DNA of 64,000 nt from an uncultured Dehalococcoidia bacterium (GTDB taxonomy: Bacteria > Chloroflexota > Dehalococcoidia > DSTF01 > JACRBR01): assembly GCA_964421985.1 (NCBI GenBank), contig CAYQZE010000018.1:583-64582 (forward strand). Reading direction: 5' to 3'. The position numbers and the translations under genes are program-made. Shown here piece after piece: positions 62,485 to 64,000 of this stretch (position 1 is its first letter; every line of letters begins with the position of its first letter). The notes under the pieces were generated by a model, which saw only the letters and a program-made list of their open reading frames with translations, ran no database searches and was not told the DNA's origin.

Positions 62485-63287
62485 ATGTCCAGCGCGAGCC
62501 CAAGGGCGAGAGGCGGACCGAGCGGCGCGAGCGAGACGATGATCGACCGCCGCCCAGCGCCCGTTGCCACGGGCCGAAACCGCCGCATCAGAGACGGCGA
62601 CTGCTGGACGAACAGGAGGTAGACGAACGTCCCAATGATCAACAACGTCTTGGGCGCGTCGCCCGTCTCCGCGATCAGGGCCGCCAACACGATGCCCGTG
62701 GCGGGCACGAGCAGCAGCATGCCGGCGGTTTGCGGCAGGGCCAGTGTGTACGTGACTGCGCCGCCTCGCGCCGCCGGCACGGCGCGTTGAACGCCGTCGT
62801 ACACGGGGGCGATGAGGATGCCGAAGAAGACGAACAACGCAGCGAATATGGCGACGTTGACCATCGGTATGCCGAACTCCGCAAAATCTGGATTGCTGCC
62901 TTCGATGAGCGGCGATCCGAAGATCCCGAGCACGAGGCCGCCGAACGCCAGTCCGCGCCAGCGGCCGGCCCACGCGAGACGCTGCCGCATCGCGGCGTAC
63001 AGCATGCCGCCGAACGCACCCGCGGCGCCTCCGAGCAGCGCGAGGAAGATCGTCCCGCCGACGCTGATCTCGCCTACGGTGAACCCCGCGTCGGTCTCCT
63101 TGCCCAGGTCCGCGTCGCCGGCAATCAGCGCGACGATGCGCATCGCCAGGCGCGAGCCGATGCCGAGCGCCACCATGCCGCAGAGCAGGCCGGCGAACAC
63201 CGACACCGCGACGGTCCTGAGCCCGGCCGCCATCGTCACGAGCCGGCTTTGCGATCCTGATCTGCGTGCTGCGATGACGTCCGCCAT
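62460..63287 (-). CDS. hypothetical polytopic membrane protein
   Basis: Glycine/alanine-rich TM helices. Start uncertain (63287 or 63365). Confidence 0.45.
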   Translation of the reverse strand: MADVIAARRSGSQSRLVTMAAGLRTVAVSVFAGLLCGMVALGIGSRLAMRIVALIAGDADLGKETDAGFTVGEISVGGTIFLALLGGAAGAFGGMLYAAMRQRLAWAGRWRGLAFGGLVLGIFGSPLIEGSNPDFAEFGIPMVNVAIFAALFVFFGILIAPVYDGVQRAVPAARGGAVTYTLALPQTAGMLLLVPATGIVLAALIAETGDAPKTLLIIGTFVYLLFVQQSPSLMRRFRPVATGAGRRSIIVSLAPLGPPLALGLALDIYELLAIF

Positions 63288-63421
63288 ACCGCGCTCCTGA
63301 TTGGACGCGATGATAGCACGCCGGCGTACGACCGCGCGCGACGACCTCCTGCTACCGTCTCGCATGCTGGTCTGTCACGCTGTGCTGTCGGCGCAAGGTG
63401 GAGCGGAAAGCAGGTGTACGC

Positions 63422-64000
63422 ATGCAAGCACGACAGCTCGGACGCACGGGGCTGCGCGTGCCGCCGCTCTGCCTCGGCACCATGACGTTCGGGCTGCAGT
63501 GCGACGAAGCAACCTCGTTCGCCATCCTCGACCGCGCCTTCGAGGGCGGCATCGACTTCATCGATACAGCGGACGTCTATCCGCTCGGCGGCGCGCTCGA
63601 CACGGTCGGGCGCACGGAGGAGATCGTCGGTAGATGGATGAAGGCGCGCGGCAACCGCGACCGCATCGTGCTGGCGACGAAGTGCGCGGGCGCGATGGGC
63701 GCCGGCGCCAACGACAACGGCATCTCGCGTTACCACATTCTGAAGTCGATCGATGAGAGCCTGCGGCGACTGCAGACCGACGTCATCGACCTCTACCAGG
63801 TGCACTCGTTCGACCCGCGCACACCGATCGACGAGACGATGCGGGCGCTGGACGATCTCGTGCGGTGGGGGAAGGTGCGATACACCGGCTGCTCGAACTA
63901 CCCGGCGTGGCGCCTCGGCGATGCGCTCGCTGCCAGCGCGCGGCTCGGCATCGCCCGATACGACTGCCTGCAGCCGCGGTACAACCTGCTCTACCGCGAG
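63422..64000 (+). CDS. aldo/keto reductase family oxidoreductase (3' end beyond the window)
   Basis: MQARQLGRTGLRVPPLCLGTMTFG...GIDFIDTADVYP...LYQVHSFDP are canonical AKR motifs. The ORF runs off the window end. Confidence 0.8.
   Translation, partial: MQARQLGRTGLRVPPLCLGTMTFGLQCDEATSFAILDRAFEGGIDFIDTADVYPLGGALDTVGRTEEIVGRWMKARGNRDRIVLATKCAGAMGAGANDNGISRYHILKSIDESLRRLQTDVIDLYQVHSFDPRTPIDETMRALDDLVRWGKVRYTGCSNYPAWRLGDALAASARLGIARYDCLQPRYNLLYRE

Overview
This is a 64-kb, high-GC (about 68-70%) bacterial chromosomal segment, likely Actinomycetota or Chloroflexota; no finer taxonomic call is possible from sequence alone. It is densely coding, with about 66 protein genes. No rRNA, tRNA or CRISPR array was found. 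Most large antisense ORFs in the six-frame track are GC-driven shadow ORFs.

Gene content, start to end of window:
- an AddB/AddA-like helicase-nuclease pair (first gene truncated at the window edge)
- a GT2 glycosyltransferase
- coaD and rsmD
- greA and lysS
- a DUF4097 protein translationally coupled to a minimal class III adenylyl cyclase
- a Phd/YefM-PIN (VapBC-like) toxin-antitoxin pair with an AT-rich promoter
- enoyl-CoA hydratase, a NifU-like protein and DinB-family proteins
- a TetR-regulated tandem array of five paralogous acyl-CoA dehydrogenases plus a sixth ACAD, interrupted by two four-helix-bundle (TIGR02436, 23S-IVS/Avd-like) genes
- a PanE-like reductase, a hydrolase-cyclase fusion, a nucleoside hydrolase, a TetR-P450 operon, larC, class I FBA, and trpA-aroH-aroG
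- pdxS, a two-component system, a CAP-domain protein and dnaN
- a minus-strand block nurA - DUF559 - herA - RAYT - sbcD - sbcC
- a SET-domain protein and a partial aldo-keto reductase at the window end.

Hunt highlights:
1. herA-nurA sits immediately upstream of sbcD-sbcC (Mre11/Rad50 homologues), reproducing the archaeal herA-mre11-rad50-nurA end-resection operon in a bacterium.
2. REP elements (5'-GTAG followed by a GC-rich palindrome) occur at seven or more sites, together with a resident REP-associated tyrosine transposase. The transposase stop overlaps the sbcD start, and its own coding sequence contains one REP.
3. A DUF559 gene bounded by near-identical 25/27-bp perfect palindromes sits between nurA and herA.
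4. The four-helix-bundle genes look like cassettes bounded by inverted arrays of three to four heptanucleotide repeats. A 3' relic of another such cassette lies immediately upstream of larC.
5. Other unrelated tandem heptad/octad triplets occur in several leader regions, including a CACAGAGG x3 element at three loci.
6. A 229-bp tandem duplication spans the panE 5' end and the cyclase-fusion 3' end.
7. Two TetR operator palindromes overlap sigma70-like promoters, and the greA leader contains an intrinsic-terminator-like hairpin.
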